Source: Marsupella aquatica
Lineage: Eukaryota; Plantae; Marchantiophyta
Length of the DNA: 64,000 bases
Direction: 5' to 3'
Assembly (NCBI GenBank): GCA_973895155.1
Contig: OZ316896.1
Location: 20,014,754-20,078,753, forward strand
How positions within the stretch are numbered: the stretch's first letter is position 1; every line of letters starts with the position of its first letter. Positions 37,013-51,248 of this stretch are shown here, in pieces. The translations under genes and the position numbers were made by a program. The notes below the pieces were generated by a model. The model was not told where the DNA came from, did no database searches, and worked only from the letters and a program-made list of their open reading frames with translations.

Positions 37013-38255
37013 GGACTAAAGGATAAAGAGCAACAAGATAAAGATAACAAAGACAGGAGACCCAATTATGAGGAAACAAACAAGAGGGAAAAACGAGGAA
37101 GACAGAGCCAAACAAAACGAGAGTCCCGCCGCCAAAGACAAATGACCCAAAGCCCTACTCAAAGGTTTACTCTACTAACTCGAGCTTTTCATCCACACTT
37201 CCGTTGCTAATTTATTTTAATAATAGCTCGTCCGCCTCCATTGACAGAATTGGGTTGGGCCGCGATTCCGTCAGTCCAAGGTGCTCGTTCGCCACTGAGC
37301 TCGTCGCCATGGACCATGGACCATGGACCACCACCCTCTGTGGGCAGAAAACGGCCACTTCCCAGGACCTCTGCCCCATGCAGTGTCGACGTTGGATCCG
37401 AGCTACTGATGAGTGAGTTATGTATCGGATAACTTGCTCTCAATCGAGCTGTCGACGGCGGATCGGGTCACCCAAATTCTGGACTTGACAGGATCGATGC
37501 GGGGATTGATGAAACGGGATCAAGTTCTGGCTCTGGTCAGGCGTGATGTATATATCAGCGTCGATCGAACTGCATGAAGATCTGGTCTCTGGTCTTCGTC
37601 TCGCCAGGTCCGTTGCATCGGAAGGGATGAAGTAATTTCTAGAGCTGGCTGGAGAATTTTGTACCCCTAGCTCTGGTCTGACAATTGGGTGACAATCGTA
37701 CTCGATGTGAATCCATTACAGTTGGCCGTGGGGGTCACCTAATGCCCTGAACACTTATTGCATTCATTCGTGATCTTTCCTGGGCGAACTTGTCATCGAA
37801 TGACCTCACTGATTCGGTGATTTATTAATAATTTTTCCTCGACAAACCTGCATGGCATTCTGAACAAACCGGAGTCCAGCCTCCCTTTTCTAGTAATGAA
37901 TCTAACGTGTCCCCTGAGTACCCCTGAACGAAGTACTGTCTGCTGTTTCTCTTCATGCAATTGAGTGAAATGCGTCCAGGCAAAGCGATTCCTCCGAAAG
38001 GACATGCTCTGCAACAGGCCGAGCTTTCCAGAAATGGACGGGCATCAATGGAATGAATTCTCCCCTCAGCAATTCTGTTCATTCAATTGACTGGATTGAT
38101 TCGAGGCAAAGTGGCCCTCAGAAAGGCATCATCAAAGGAGTGAATATATTTCTGAGACAAAATGTTATGCTCTACAGGAATGAAATCTTCCCCCGTTTAT
38201 GCAAATGTATGGTATGATTCAATGTAGAGTGTAGCCTGAGAAATGTCACGCAACA

Positions 38256-38416
38256 CTAAATTTCACTAAAGATTTCACTAGATTTCACTAAATTTCGCTA
38301 AATTTCGCTAAATTTCGCTAAATTTCACTAAAGATTTCACTATTCCCTCCTACATTTGAGTGAAATTTAGTGAAATCCTCAATACAGATTTCACTAAAAT
38401 GTAGGAGGGAATAGTG
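38256..38416. repeat. 10-bp TAAATTTCRC array fused to a 79-bp foldback (MITE-like)
   Basis: Perfect 20-bp inverted repeat CACTATTCCCTCCTACATTT at 38338-38357 and 38397-38416. Confidence 0.7.
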
Positions 38417-39199
38417 CAGAGGAAAATGCGAGACTGGTTTTGTGACCTCCCAGCACCGGAATGAGATTTGCCTTTAGCCTCGCCCAAGTGTCCACGGATA
38501 GGAGACCAAAGAGCGTTTCACCTTCACCTTTATGCAGAACTGCAGAAAAATCCCCCCTAATGCCCAATTTTCGAGAAAACTCTGATGGAGTTAATTTTCC
38601 TCCAAAATTGCATGAAATTTTGAAACGCCAGCATGTCTGGTGTTGGACTCCTATAACTCCATTTTTTTCAAAATAGTCACTTGCCTTTGAAAATAGTTGC
38701 GCTGTTTATTCTTTCCTGAGTGTCCCTTTTGAGTTGTGGGAAATTTGTACTCTAAAATACACCAACAATTGCAAACTCTACATCATGGCCCTCCAAAATT
38801 GCAAAGGGGGTAAGATGTAGTAACCCTGAAGATTTATGACCTACAGACTAGTCGAATTTCCTCCCCAAAAAACCAAACGTATCCATAAATAAAAAAAACT
38901 AATCAACTCTCAAATGGCACAATTGCGTCTTTATTGTTGCAACTACAAAGTAGAGTCACAGAAAAGGTAACACCTCGCAATTGGAAATCTGTATGGTAAA
39001 CAAATAACAACATAGTGTTCGTTCTAATATGATCTGAGGTCTTTGATAGCTTGAAAGAAAGGCTCTACATCATCATAGAAATTTTTATTGATTCACGTTA
39101 TTTCTTCAGGAATACAGAAAGATCTAAGCCCAGATATTTAAGAGTTGACTAGTAGCACGCCGATTTGGATACCAAGAAAGCCACAAGATTTCGATAACA

Positions 39200-39299
39200 T
39201 CAAACTTGACTGAAGTATGACCTTATAGATTGTCAAACTTGACTAAAGTATGACCTTATAGATTGTCAAACTTGACTAAAGTATGACCTTGTAGATTGT
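39200..39299. repeat. 33-bp tandem repeat, 3 copies
   Basis: TCAAACTTGACTRAAGTATGACCTTRTAGATTG x3. Confidence 0.9.
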
Positions 39300-40929
39300 A
39301 ATAAGTTTGGTTACTAAATTGTTACCTCTCAACTATTCCGAACGTGATCCTGTTGGCCCCAAGGTCATGACATTCCCATGGCAATCCTCAATGGGAAGTC
39401 TATCTGTGTGGTCATATACACGCTTCATCACCCTTCAGATCAAGTGATAAAACTACCTCACGCTCATGGATGAGATTGTACTGGAATGAGTTTATTGAAT
39501 TCATCACCTTCGCTAGATTTGATTTCCAATGGATTTTTGGATCTCTGGTTCAATACCTACCAAGAGTTTTCTCAACAACAACCAAACCGAATGCAGCTAA
39601 CAGTCCAGATGTAAATACCAGTGCACCTCAAGACCTACAGTACCTTGACCTTTATCACTTAGTTTCCAAGTTCATCCCGTTGTCTGGGTCCAAATGGATC
39701 CAATGGAACTTTTCAAAACGAGACGTACTCTTGATTAGGAAGAAACAATCCAAGGGAAAAAGAAAGAGAAAAAAAAGGCAACCGGTCCAAATTCCAAAAC
39801 CATCTTGGTTTTCTAACCTGCTTTGCACCTGGTGTACCTCTAACCCACAATAATAACCTCTCTCGAACTCCTATCCATTCGTGATGTACTTCCGGTAGTA
39901 GGTACTCATCAAAACTGATATTTGCTGGACTCGGGTCCTAAACACCTTCAAATATCTAGTAATAAAGAACAACGATCTGGATAAGGATACGGATAATCGG
40001 ATTTGTGAAAGAAGTTACATCAAAGACGCCTACATCCGAACAACAATAAGAAAGTTCAAGCTTAAGTTGAACAGGAAGGAAAACAAGAGCCTCAAAACGA
40101 CACACAATTCATGAAACGTACTTGTTGAAGTGCAGGTAACATCATTTGAAGTCCAAATGACCACTTCATTGATGAAATGGTGGACAGAATTGTGTTGATA
40201 AGACGACGTCAATTCGGAAAGAGGTACTTCACATAGATAGGTCCCTTTCACAACTGGTCTCCTTTACACTTGGCAATTTAGATCGAAGAATGCTCTTAGA
40301 ACTGCCTGTTCACTGTATCTCTAAATCCAAGTTTGGCCCAAGGAAATTGCATGTAGCTTGAGGCAAGTTTATTTATGCCAGATTATATCTACATTCGCTG
40401 AGCCCCAGCTGGGTTCTACTGCAAAATTTTAATGAAACAACCTGCTACATTCTGTCCTATAAAATGGTCAAGTTATTACTTCTGTACATGGACCACATCT
40501 GGCTGTCGGTCCGAAGACCAATCAAAGATTATACTTGCAACTTCAGACAATCCAGACCTGTCAAATCCTCTTTGACGGCTCATAGGCTCGGTTCAGCCTC
40601 ACCATCACATGTTTATCCTCACTTGACTTTACCCTATGAAGATCAGTGGGTTTCTCTGTCATATCTATGCCTAATCTTTCAGCAGTTACGCGTACCGACG
40701 CAATCACCATCTTGGAAACAGAACCCAAGTTTCCCCTTTGCTGGGTTAGCAACACCGTTTTAAGACGTGCACACATAAACACGTTTTGAATTTGACATGG
40801 GAACAAGGCATCTGGATTTGGTGCCCTGGGCTGAATCTCACCACCTCTTGGGCCATCGTCTGCGCTGAAGGTGTCGGTCGCTCATCGTAAGCCACAAACA
40901 GCTTTTCCACTTTTACTGTTTGGTCACCC

Positions 40930-43562
40930 TCATCTATACCTCATCATCTCACTGGTGACATTCTGTTGAATGCTTCGTCCAGTGGCAGCATTCAACATTC
41001 CAAGCGGTTCTCGCAATGTTGAAATCACTTCTTTTGTCTTCCCAAAATAGACCTGCAAGGCACAGAAGGTTATCAAGAAGAATGACAAATCTCCGGAACA
41101 CAAACAGAGAGAAGGGACAGCTCAAAGAAAAGCATGAGTAGGACTAGACAGAAAGACATTCAGGAGAGGAGTACAACAGAAGCGCCCATTCTAGTTTAAG
41201 AGCACAAGGGCCTCACCTGATCTAGCCCATTGCGCAGTTTATTCTCCATCTCCTCAATCATCCGTCCCATATTTGGCATATGTCCGTCCGTAACTTCAAG
41301 GTCAGACTCCATCTGTAGAAACAACAATCAAGATTGAATTCTCCCACAGAACTCGATCACGACTCTCAAAAAGCAATGTAACTGTAATAAAATCAGAATG
41401 GAATTTGACGGCGATACATGTATTGTTCTTACTGAGAGGTCCTAAACCACATGGTACGTTCAAATAAGGAAAACCTTCACTCTCATTCTATTGGGACTGT
41501 GCTAAGTATTTCTAACAAAATCAGGGAAGCAACGACGGCGAGTTGTGTCTAGTTAAGATGAATGATTACCCAGAGATTGCACGGTAACAACTCTGTGCAC
41601 AACTAACATTCTCCTGGGATCTCATGGAGCACTCATGGAGAAACAAACCTGACGAGTGATCGAACCAGACAAACTGAATGTCCCAGACGCTCGGTTCTCA
41701 CTAGTCAGACCCAGCATCACAGTGCTCGTCAAACAGTAATGAGCTTGTCCTTCTTCTTCTCCTCCGACCTGAAAGAAACCGAAGGAGAATAAAACATTAG
41801 CAAAAATTGTTTGTTACAGCAGGTTGGACAGAATAAACGTAAAAACTTATTCTGCATGAAAATCGAAATGCAGCCCTCGAATAGTTTGTTGAGCCTTGAC
41901 GCAAATCATACGTTCCGGAAAGGGAGTATTGAATAAAAAAGGACCTCAATAACATGAATTGCCTCCCAGATTCCGTGTTGCAAAAGACCTCTACGGCCAT
42001 CCCCTGTCTGCGATCCATCTTCATTACACCAAAGGTAACATTTTCATTATCTCATATGGTGATCAATCTGAAGAAACGGCAGGCTTCATTCCATATAAGT
42101 AGGACCAAAAAGAACGTTGTCATCATTGCAAGAGGCACGTCTATTCTGTGTACATAGATATACCTTTTTGGACGAGGAAACACGCAAAAATGCCATTTCC
42201 ATCTTCTGGTTCCCACATGTACACCGATGAAATTCCACCTTCATAGTATCTGCAGGAACATTTATGTTGTAAGTTTCAATTGAAACCATCTGCACAGATG
42301 CTTTTTGTCAATCTTATCTACAAGTTGTTTAGATAATGACGATATAAATGCATAGTTGCAAGCAAGAAGAGCAGTAAGGGAAGGACCTCACTGGTCACGA
42401 TAAATAGCGAAAACATCATTAGCTTCAATCTCCATCTTCCGCAGCTCCTTGGAAGGTTGTACCCCATCTTCTAAGGATGGATAGTAATTGTTTGACCACG
42501 GAGATCTGTATCATAACATCAACCCGTGCTGGGTGAGAACCATAATACTGCAATTTCGACCAAGTCACAAACCAACTCTGATGTAGAGTGCAGAATATAC
42601 CTGTGCGCATCACCATCGCGATTATAATCACAGAGTAGGAACTTCTTTTGGCACTCCTCATCCCAAGCTACCTGACCAACCGAAGTCAGGAGAAATCAGC
42701 AGCTATGTCGAAATACTATCCACCACTTCCAGCAACGAACAGATTGAAAACTAGCAATCAGAGTAGCACAGCTATGGTGCACAAACACCCTAGCTAGCTA
42801 AATTTAGAGAAACACAATCATCAGCTGGCTGCAACCTTGAACCGAGCCAAGGCCCTTATACCCATTTCCATACACAAGGGAAATAAAATGTAACAAGTGA
42901 CATCTCTCTGGAAACCTCCGGTGCTCCAAGTTTCGTCCATTGACATAAGTTGATATAAGGGCTCGCACACTTATCTATGACAATCCAATAACTCGGGAGA
43001 GAGCCCCTTTCGAAAATTCGATGTAAGAACGACTGAAAGACTGCAACCCAACTCAATTTCGTACAAACAAAACTACGTTGTTTATTCACGTTTCATGATT
43101 TGACAATTGACACAACCCTCAGGGAATCCATGGTGCTCCAAGATTGGCAATTCTTTCCCAAGTTTCTTTCATTGACATAACGAAAAAAGGGCCCGCGCAC
43201 TCATCTATGGCCATACCTCGGGAAATAGCACACTTCATTCTTTCAATGTAAGAACAACAAAGAGACTGAAACCCAACCACCACAACTTGAAATAAAATTT
43301 CATACAATCAAAATCATGTTGTTTGTTGATGGTCGACAAAGATTCCGCATTCTGGCCATAAGGCCGGTTTTCGTGAAACATTGCCATTGCTTAACTTCAA
43401 AAGAAAAATGGACACGAAGAGGAGAAGTCGAACCTGCAATGACTGATCAACTCTCGAGAGAAGCTCCTGAGAGTTGGCGGGGAGCAGAGCGACCAAGTTT
43501 GACAAAGCCTTATCGGATTTCGACGGCGGCATGCGCCGCATTAAATCCATAGCTGCTTCCAT
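40930..43562 (-). CDS. CPB: F-actin capping protein beta subunit; exons 43562-43434, 42671-42601, 42505-42392, 42249-42164, 42018-41945, 41768-41649, 41312-41217, 41052-40930
   Basis: [104 protein letters not shown] introns with consistent phases. Confidence 0.96.
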
Positions 43563-45005
43563 GATTCAACCGCCGCCACACACTCTCTCAAGTTCCAATC
43601 CCTCGCCCAGAATATATATCAATGAACCACGATCTGCTTCCCGCTCGAGAACACAGCTCTTCTTGTGGTACTCAGGAGGATCCCGATCAGGCTCCCCCTG
43701 TTGACTGATTCCGAGGTCACACCCCTGCCGAGAACAGACCACAATGCACGCCACGAGTCAGCAATCCAACGCATGGGACCACGTAGAGCTGGCGTAAAGG
43801 GTCATCATCCCATCAAAGGCTCACAAGCTCAGCTCAGCCAGGTACTGCGAAATTCTCCTCCCTTCCAAGATTCAGCGGCAACAGTACCCATCCAATTTCC
43901 ACTACTGTACACCCTCTGCCACTGAGGGTGATGGCCGGCCAAACAGCATCTCCCCGGGCCGGACATTCACCTTCTTTCTTTCTTTCTCACAACCTTCCAA
44001 CGGTACAAATCCTTCTCCCTGACTCTAAGCTTCAGTGTACAGGATGCCGGACACTTTCTAGGCCGCTACAGTACTTCGCCTGTAATCCGGATTACAATCT
44101 TCTAATTATCTGGTCAAGATTACCGATGCTCGCAATCGCTCACTACTCATTAGTCACAACAACAGTCAGCCGAAAATCCGCCGCCTCCTCGGGCCAACTT
44201 GTCCATCCACGTTCCATGAATGGGAAGGGACTCAAATTACTCTCTTTCTCTCGCTCTCTGTCTTTCTCTGTCTCTGAGCTCCTACGCTAGTAATAATCAC
44301 AATACCTTCAAATCAGAATCGTAATCACTCAAAAAGCAAACACACATGAATCGCAATCAATCAAAATTCTCATCTTCTTTGATCTCATCTCAACTCCCGC
44401 CTATCCGACTCTTCTACAAACTCCATCGACGAAGATTGCTCAAAACAAAACAAAATCTGTCATGGTGTCGTTCTTCACCTCGTCCAAGATTTGGAAAATG
44501 CAAATGCCAGAACCGCAGACGACGAGTCCAATTCCCTCAGTATCGTGCTGCGCAGACGCTGGACACAGCAATTCGACGAGAGAGCTTCCTGCTATGGCGG
44601 TCGATTCGCGCAATTACAAGAAGCTCATCAGCCGTTCGAATTCGCCCGAAGGAGAAGACGCAAACAGAGCTTTTGGTCGTTGACAGAGTGCCGGCCCAAC
44701 AACTCCTCCAGCTGACGGTGGGTTTACGGTAAAGACCGATCCGACGGACGTAGTGGCGAGTTCAATCTCAGGAGGAGATCTCAACCGTGAGTCATCCATC
44801 CATTGACTGCGCCTTTGAGGCGCCGTCAGTCCCAGTGACCCAAACCACGGTAGTGTGATATATGGTAGTGACGATTGCTCTAAAAATTATTGTTACTACC
44901 GGTAGCCCCATAATGTTCCTTGGACGTAAATAGATATGTAAATAGATATGATATGTATAAAAATATTGCGGCACTATATATTATATATATATGCTATTTT
45001 TGTTA

Positions 45006-45274
45006 ATCTTTGCCTCATCTTTGCTTTTGTCGCTTTTGTCCATACTCATTTCACAGTTTTGTCTTTATTTAGAATCAATATCACTTTTGTCCATCCTCAT
45101 TTCAAATTTTGACCTTATTAAACTTTATTATCAGTTTTGTATAAATCTTTGCCTCATCTTTGTTTTTGTCCATACTCATTTCACAGTTTTGTCTTTATTT
45201 AGAATCAATATCACTTTTGTCCATCCTCATTTCAAATTTTGACCTTATTGAACTTTATTATCAGTTTTGTATAA
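45006..45274. repeat. ~135-bp AT-rich tandem duplication
   Basis: ATCTTTGCCTCATCTTTG...CATACTCATTTCACAG...CAGTTTTGTATAAA occurs twice. Confidence 0.85.
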
Positions 45275-47099
45275 AATGGGAGTTACGTATCTAGAGGCTT
45301 CACTCTAGACCTAGGCCCTTAAGAGTAGGTTTTCAGTTGACACTTTTATAGTAAGACTAAAATTTTCATTCCTTGGATCAAAAGTGAGAGAGATATACTT
45401 AGTGATCTGCCATACCATATGGTAGTGACAATCCCTCTAAAAGATATTAGTATTTTAATTTTTGGTCCTTGGAACAAAAGAGTGAGAGATACACTAATTG
45501 TATATATATAGAACTTAGTGGACTTCCATACCAAACTTTTTCTCTTGATAGAACAAAACATGGTTTCTCTCTCACCGGGTTTTTGAGCTCACCCGTGGCA
45601 ATCCTGCTTAGTGTCAATAGTTCTTATGATAGGATTTTCAGCTTATAGCATGAGAACTCCACTGTATAATGCAGGATTGTCTATCATTGTTAGGTGTTCG
45701 ACAGCGGTGCCAAATGCAATCACAACTACGAGTGGAGTTTTGAGTCAACTATTTACTATATGGCCGCAACAAGAAACTTTGTTACCAAATACACAAAACC
45801 CCATCATGAATTTTCTTTGTTAAGCAAGTTAAGGTTTGCAAGTGAGGCCACAGAACTCTGTATCAGTCTGGCCAATGGATTCCCAAATTTGAATGTTTCA
45901 AAATTCACTTGGGGGCTATGCTTGGAAACTCATCTCCACTCAAGGGTAATGAGCTATAAACCCCCTTGGACTGACCACCCTTGGGAATTACAACCCACTA
46001 ACCTGAGTGCTCATTCTTTGAACATAAATAGAGGTGAGTACATTAGAACATAGACTCATTTGCCCCCTATCATACAAACCTTTGTCTGAGTTTAATCACA
46101 TACTCAGGTTTGAGTAATTATCCTAGTTAACAATGATCACAGTTATTTTAGGGCATTGAATTTCAAGTAGACATAGCGGTAAGTGAGCATTTGGCGTTAG
46201 GTTTGCAACTTGGGACTCAACCTCTCACCACCACCTAAGAGACAACGATACTAGATAAGTTAAAAAGGTCTTGGAGTAGTTTGCTAACACATTAATCCAA
46301 TTTGTGATTATCCACCCACTACTTTGTCTTTAGTGAAATTTGCTATTGGTGGCTGAAACTGCTCTTCAAGGATTTTTCTTATCCACGCATACATTCCCAT
46401 CCCTTGGGGTCAATGAAGGTATACCTGTTGGGCTTGTTTTATTCATTTCAGTTGGGAAATGAATCCAATTATATTTCTTGCATAATCTCTAGGCAGTGCT
46501 CGATTGCTGATTACAAGGAGATGGTGGTTGCATAGCAGTTCCATTGATTATAGAGGCGATGATCGGGTTTCCATTGTTGAACAGCATTCACATTCATGCT
46601 CAACAATTTTCCATCCATTAGTAAAGCATACTAGACATTTGCCAACTCCAAACTCACTTCGTTTTATGTTTTTATTCAATTCAAAATTGTTGAGTTTTGA
46701 AATCTAGAATTTTAGTTCGATGAAATTGTCATTAATTACATATTCCAATTTCTCTGGATTAATAGGCAGATTTTTTATATGCCTTAGTTAAGACCCTCTA
46801 TTACTCCCTCGCCCCATCTTGGGGATGGACCTGCTCAATATTCCTCGTTGTTAAGAGCCTCATCCTTCTTGTTGGTCTCGCACCTCAAGAGTTTTCTGCC
46901 TTGAAAACCGAAAGCAGGCCCATCCAACAGAGGATAGACGTCCTGCTTTGGAGCATGCATTTCTATGTAGGGCAGCCACAAGAGGACAATACCCAGGGAT
47001 CCGACAGGGACCCAGACCAGGAGGGAGAGAGTATTAAACCAGAACCCAAAGTGGGCAACCAGGGCTGAGTAGATAATCAATACTCCCACCACTACACCT

Positions 47100-47230
47100 C
47101 ACCCACACACACACACATACCCTCCACACCCCTTATGTGTCCCTTATGTGTGGAGGGAGGATTGAACCTGCGCACCTCAAGAGTTGTGCAGCACCTTTAT
47201 AAGGGGATGCACTCTCTACCTAGGGCCTCT
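47100..47230 (-). mobile_element. Possible tRNA-derived SINE-like fragment
   Basis: B-box-like GGTTCAATCC on the minus strand (47159-47168), weak A-box-like sequence ~50 bp upstream, (TG)n-rich tail. Partial copies near 46880 and 47610. Confidence 0.3.
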
Positions 47231-47860
47231 AGACAGATTCACCTCCATGATACTCCTATGAGGTTTACTCCATAACTCTACCAGACTTTTCAGTACACCA
47301 CCCACTAGTGTTTTTTGGTTTGTTTCTTAGTCTTTTTTGTTTTTGTGGGATATTCCTTGTTTTTTGGTTTGTTTCTTAGTCTTTTTGTTTTTGTGGGATA
47401 TTCCTTGAATTGTGGGGCCTCTTTGGTTTCTTGGGGTCTTTCCCTTCCCCTTTATTGGGTTCTTTTTATTGGGTTCTTTTGCATTTGCCTTTTTAGCACT
47501 GTGATATACACTTTGGGAAGCCACTTTCTGGTGAGAAGCAAAGGTCTAGTGCGCTCCATGGCTGTCAATGTTCCTCGTTGTACAGAGCCTCATCCTTCTC
47601 TTTGGTCTCGCACCTCAAGAGTCGTGCAGCACCTTTGAAAGGGGAAGCACTCTCCACCTTGGGATGCTACTTTCTGCTGAGAAGCAAAAGTCTACTGCGT
47701 TCCATGGCTGCGGGTTCCACAAATGGTTCATGTTCACTGTGAGTTGAGCTTCAATTCCCTCTTTCCTTCAGTCTTCTGAATGTGATGCAGTTCAGGAGCA
47801 AAGCAAAGCAGAGTGGAAGTAGAGAAGGTGGGAGATTGAGTATCGGTGCGTGTTGATACG

Positions 47861-50800
47861 ATGCTGTGTAGCTCGAGCCTCGTGCTGGGGAGAGCTCAAT
47901 TGCTACACCACGGACCCCACAGCAGCAGACCCATCACCAGACTCTCGGCGGTTTCGTCTCGGAGACTTTCTCTGCCCACCGTGACCCCCCACTCGATCGT
48001 TGCACAGTATTCATCTCCAGCTGTTGTAGCAATGGCGAGTGCTACTCCACGGCACAAGATGGAAGAGGTCGTGGGCATGGTTGGGGGGGAAGAAGAAGAA
48101 CGGCAGGGTACTCTCTCGAGCTTTCTGAGGAATGAAGAGAGCATCAGTGATGACCTGGCGGATGTGATTCTGCACATTGAGGCGGCTTGTCAACGCATCA
48201 GCGTTTTGTTAGCGTCCCCCACTGCTTTGCCTTTGTCACCCGCAGAGGAGGAGTTGATTCGTGCTGGATCGGGAGCCGGCGGCGCCAGGGACATTCCGAA
48301 GCCATTGGACATCGTCTCGGTGGGATGAGACCTCCTTCTCTTGGCCAGTGGTCATTTTTAGTCGTTGAAAACACAAATTAGCTGATGCATGTCCATTTTC
48401 AATCTGAATTGTTTGTGCAAAGTACCGAAATACTCACGACGAGTACGGCAACTTTGACCTTCATTCTTGCATCTTCACTAGTCTCAATTCGTGCAATGAT
48501 CACAAAATCCGGAACGAAAATAGTAGGGGCACCGTTAGGCACTTTTGAAGCGATTTCGTCCCTTTCGTCTAGGGGTATAGGACATCGGCTTTTCATGTCG
48601 AAAACACGGGTTCAAATCATTTATTTGTCGGTCTTTCAATATCATGAAGACTGTAGAAGTGTAGTTGATGTACGACATTGAGCTGGAAGTGACAGACGTG
48701 TAAGCTTCATCCTGCGTTTCAGATTTTCTTGCTTCACATATTTGTCCTCCCGCGTTTGGTTCGAATTGGTTCACCTAGAGTTTCAATATTTGTATATGTT
48801 TACCTGTAAATGAATGAGTGATAAAGAGAGTTTAGTTCAAGGAGTTTTACACTTGTGTTCCCAAATGCTTTCAGTTAAGAAGGGGCAAGGCTTACGGTTA
48901 ACTGGAGAGAAGGAATTGACTGCCATTGCATAGCCCATAAACGTAGAACTTATGGGAATTATGATATGCTTCCCTGCAACTGGTCTTGATACAGCTTGTC
49001 TCGTATGTCGCCCACTTCTTAAGATATAAACCTCTCTGATTGCCCAATTCCGTGAAGCAGCTCGGCGTTGTATATCCTCTTGTGACAAGCTTATCTGGAA
49101 ATCTCCCAATCGCTTGTGCCTCTGATCATATCAATGAACTTTTGGCAGGCAGAACAATATTATGAAAGAAGCTTTGCAAAGCTCTGGCAAAGTAGCGGCA
49201 CTGGCTTCTGAAGAAGATGACGACGCAGTGTGGTTTGGTGATGGCCCTTATGTTGTTGTCTACGACCCCTTGGATGGATCTAGCAATATTGATGCTTCTA
49301 TCCCAACAGGTAACATAATAATAACATCTTCTATAATACTCCTATATGTATGTTTGAACAGTGAGGACGGTTTTAGAACCGTTCGCTTGACTTTTATTGA
49401 TGCTCAGTTGGAGGCTGCTGATAAGGAGATGAAGATACTTGTCGTCAGGCACCTTAAGTGCATTGACAAGTTGAACATTATGATCTGTCCCTCCCTCCGC
49501 CATTGTGTTTCTCATTGGTGTGCATTGGTCCCAAGATATAGCCGTGGATTCGCAACTGCGTTTAGTTTCTCAGCACAGAAGGCCGTTTGCAATCCAAAGT
49601 ATGAATTTGACGTTCACCTTGTTGTCTCCTTTCCAGGCACCATTTTCGGAATTTACAAGAGTCTGGCAGATGCAGATAATTTATCGGAGGAGCAGAGAGC
49701 CTTAGTCAATGTTCTTCAGCCAGGCTCAAAATTGGTTGCTTCTGGTTATGCCTTGTACTCCTCAGCTACTATGTGGTGCTTTACTGTGGGGTCTGGATGT
49801 CACGGGTTCACCTTAGATCGCTCTTCTGGAGAGTTTGTGCTAACTCATCCCAATCTACGCATACCTGAAAGAGGTAAGAAATCATACTGTGTCATTGTTG
49901 GTTACCATGTTATTTTGTGTGGTTGATAATTTAATCCATCGATTAAAATGCTTAATATTAAAATGCTTTTGAAAGAGGATGCTCCTTCGCTTGTTGGCGC
50001 TTGTGCTTATACTCCCTCCTCAGTGACCCTCTGCTCTGACAAGTTCTCTTCATCTGTTTGACCGTATGCGATTGTTTAAAGGAGATTGCTACTGTGAGGG
50101 GCGCACAATAAGGAAGTGTCTTTTTGAGCATATAATTGTCTCTTCGATTTGACAAAGTAAATAAATTACTTTGAGAATCATTGGGGAGAATTACTGATTT
50201 TATGTATTTGTTATTCCTCCTCCACAACTGTTTGAGTTGAGCAACAGTGGATACAAATGAGACGAGCATTTCAGATGACTGGTTGGGAGCACTTCTTAGT
50301 GAACACTGCATCTCAAATGTTGTATTCCTCATTCAAGAGAGCTGGTTTGAGTTCTTGGGTTTTGTTTATTGTTCCTTAAGAAAACTCCAACGAAAGTTCT
50401 ATGCTGTTTGAATATTACAATCTGAAAACGATTACTGAATTGATGTCCGCCTTTCTTTGCAGTCTTTAATTAACTGAAGTCACACCAGATATCAAGCTGA
50501 GTGAAATTGTTTGTACGGGTTTGCCTTCAGAGCTTAATAGTGCTAATCTGATACCGGCCTCTCATCTGTTTAGGACACTCTGAAATTTGGAAATCTACTC
50601 TTCTTTGATTCGCAACACATTATGTATAATTCTCTTCAACAATCTTATCTGGAAACCGTCAGCTACCTTTGTTTGGCATAAGGCAATCTTCACTGGTCCT
50701 CAAATTTTCAATGTAAACCGTCACGAGTTCCTGAGTAAGACGGATGGGCCCAAGGTCGTTCTGTAATTCTTTGTCTTGAATTGCCGAGAGGTCAAGCTGT

Positions 50801-51248
50801 TTTGGACGATCCTATATGTGATCTTAATCGTCTGTTTGTGTCTACAGGACAGATATACTCTGTAAATGATGCAAGATATTTTGAGTGGCCGCTTGGCTTA
50901 AGGCGCTACATTGATGACATTAGACAAGGGAAGGGCCAGTATCCAAAAAAGTACTCTGCACGCTACGTATGCTCTATGGTGGCAGACCTGCATCGGACTA
51001 TTCTATATGGTGGGGTTGCAATGAATCCACGAAGCCATATGAGGCTAGTGTATGAAGCAAATCCGTTGAGTTTCCTTTTGGAGCAGGCTGGTGGCAAAGG
51101 CTCAGACGGGAAGAGAAGAATATTGGATATTGAACCAAAAACACTTCATGAAAGGCTGCCATTGTTTCTTGGAAGCCCCAAGGATATTCTGGAGCTCGAA
51201 AGCTATGGAGATGTACAGCAGATCGTGAATCCTGGTTATGAAGTCTGA
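47861..51248 (+). CDS. Plastid fructose-1,6-bisphosphatase II (redox-insensitive type); exons 47861-48319, 49153-49309, 49637-49873, 50848-51248
   Basis: Transit peptide; RDIPKPLDIVSN, ASEEDD, DPLDGSSNIDASIPTGTIFGIY, KYSARYVCSMVADLHRT, RLVYEANP; C-terminus ESYGDVQQIVNPGYEV typical of cpFBPaseII. No Cys-containing regulatory loop. Confidence 0.95.

Noticed and set aside
39440-40929. Exon-like minus-strand blocks downstream of CPB
   Set aside because: Splice-like sites are present, but the frames contain stops and no recognisable protein could be assembled.
44346-44732. Three overlapping short ORFs upstream of CPB
   Set aside because: None resembles a known family; consistent with GC-rich promoter or UTR sequence.
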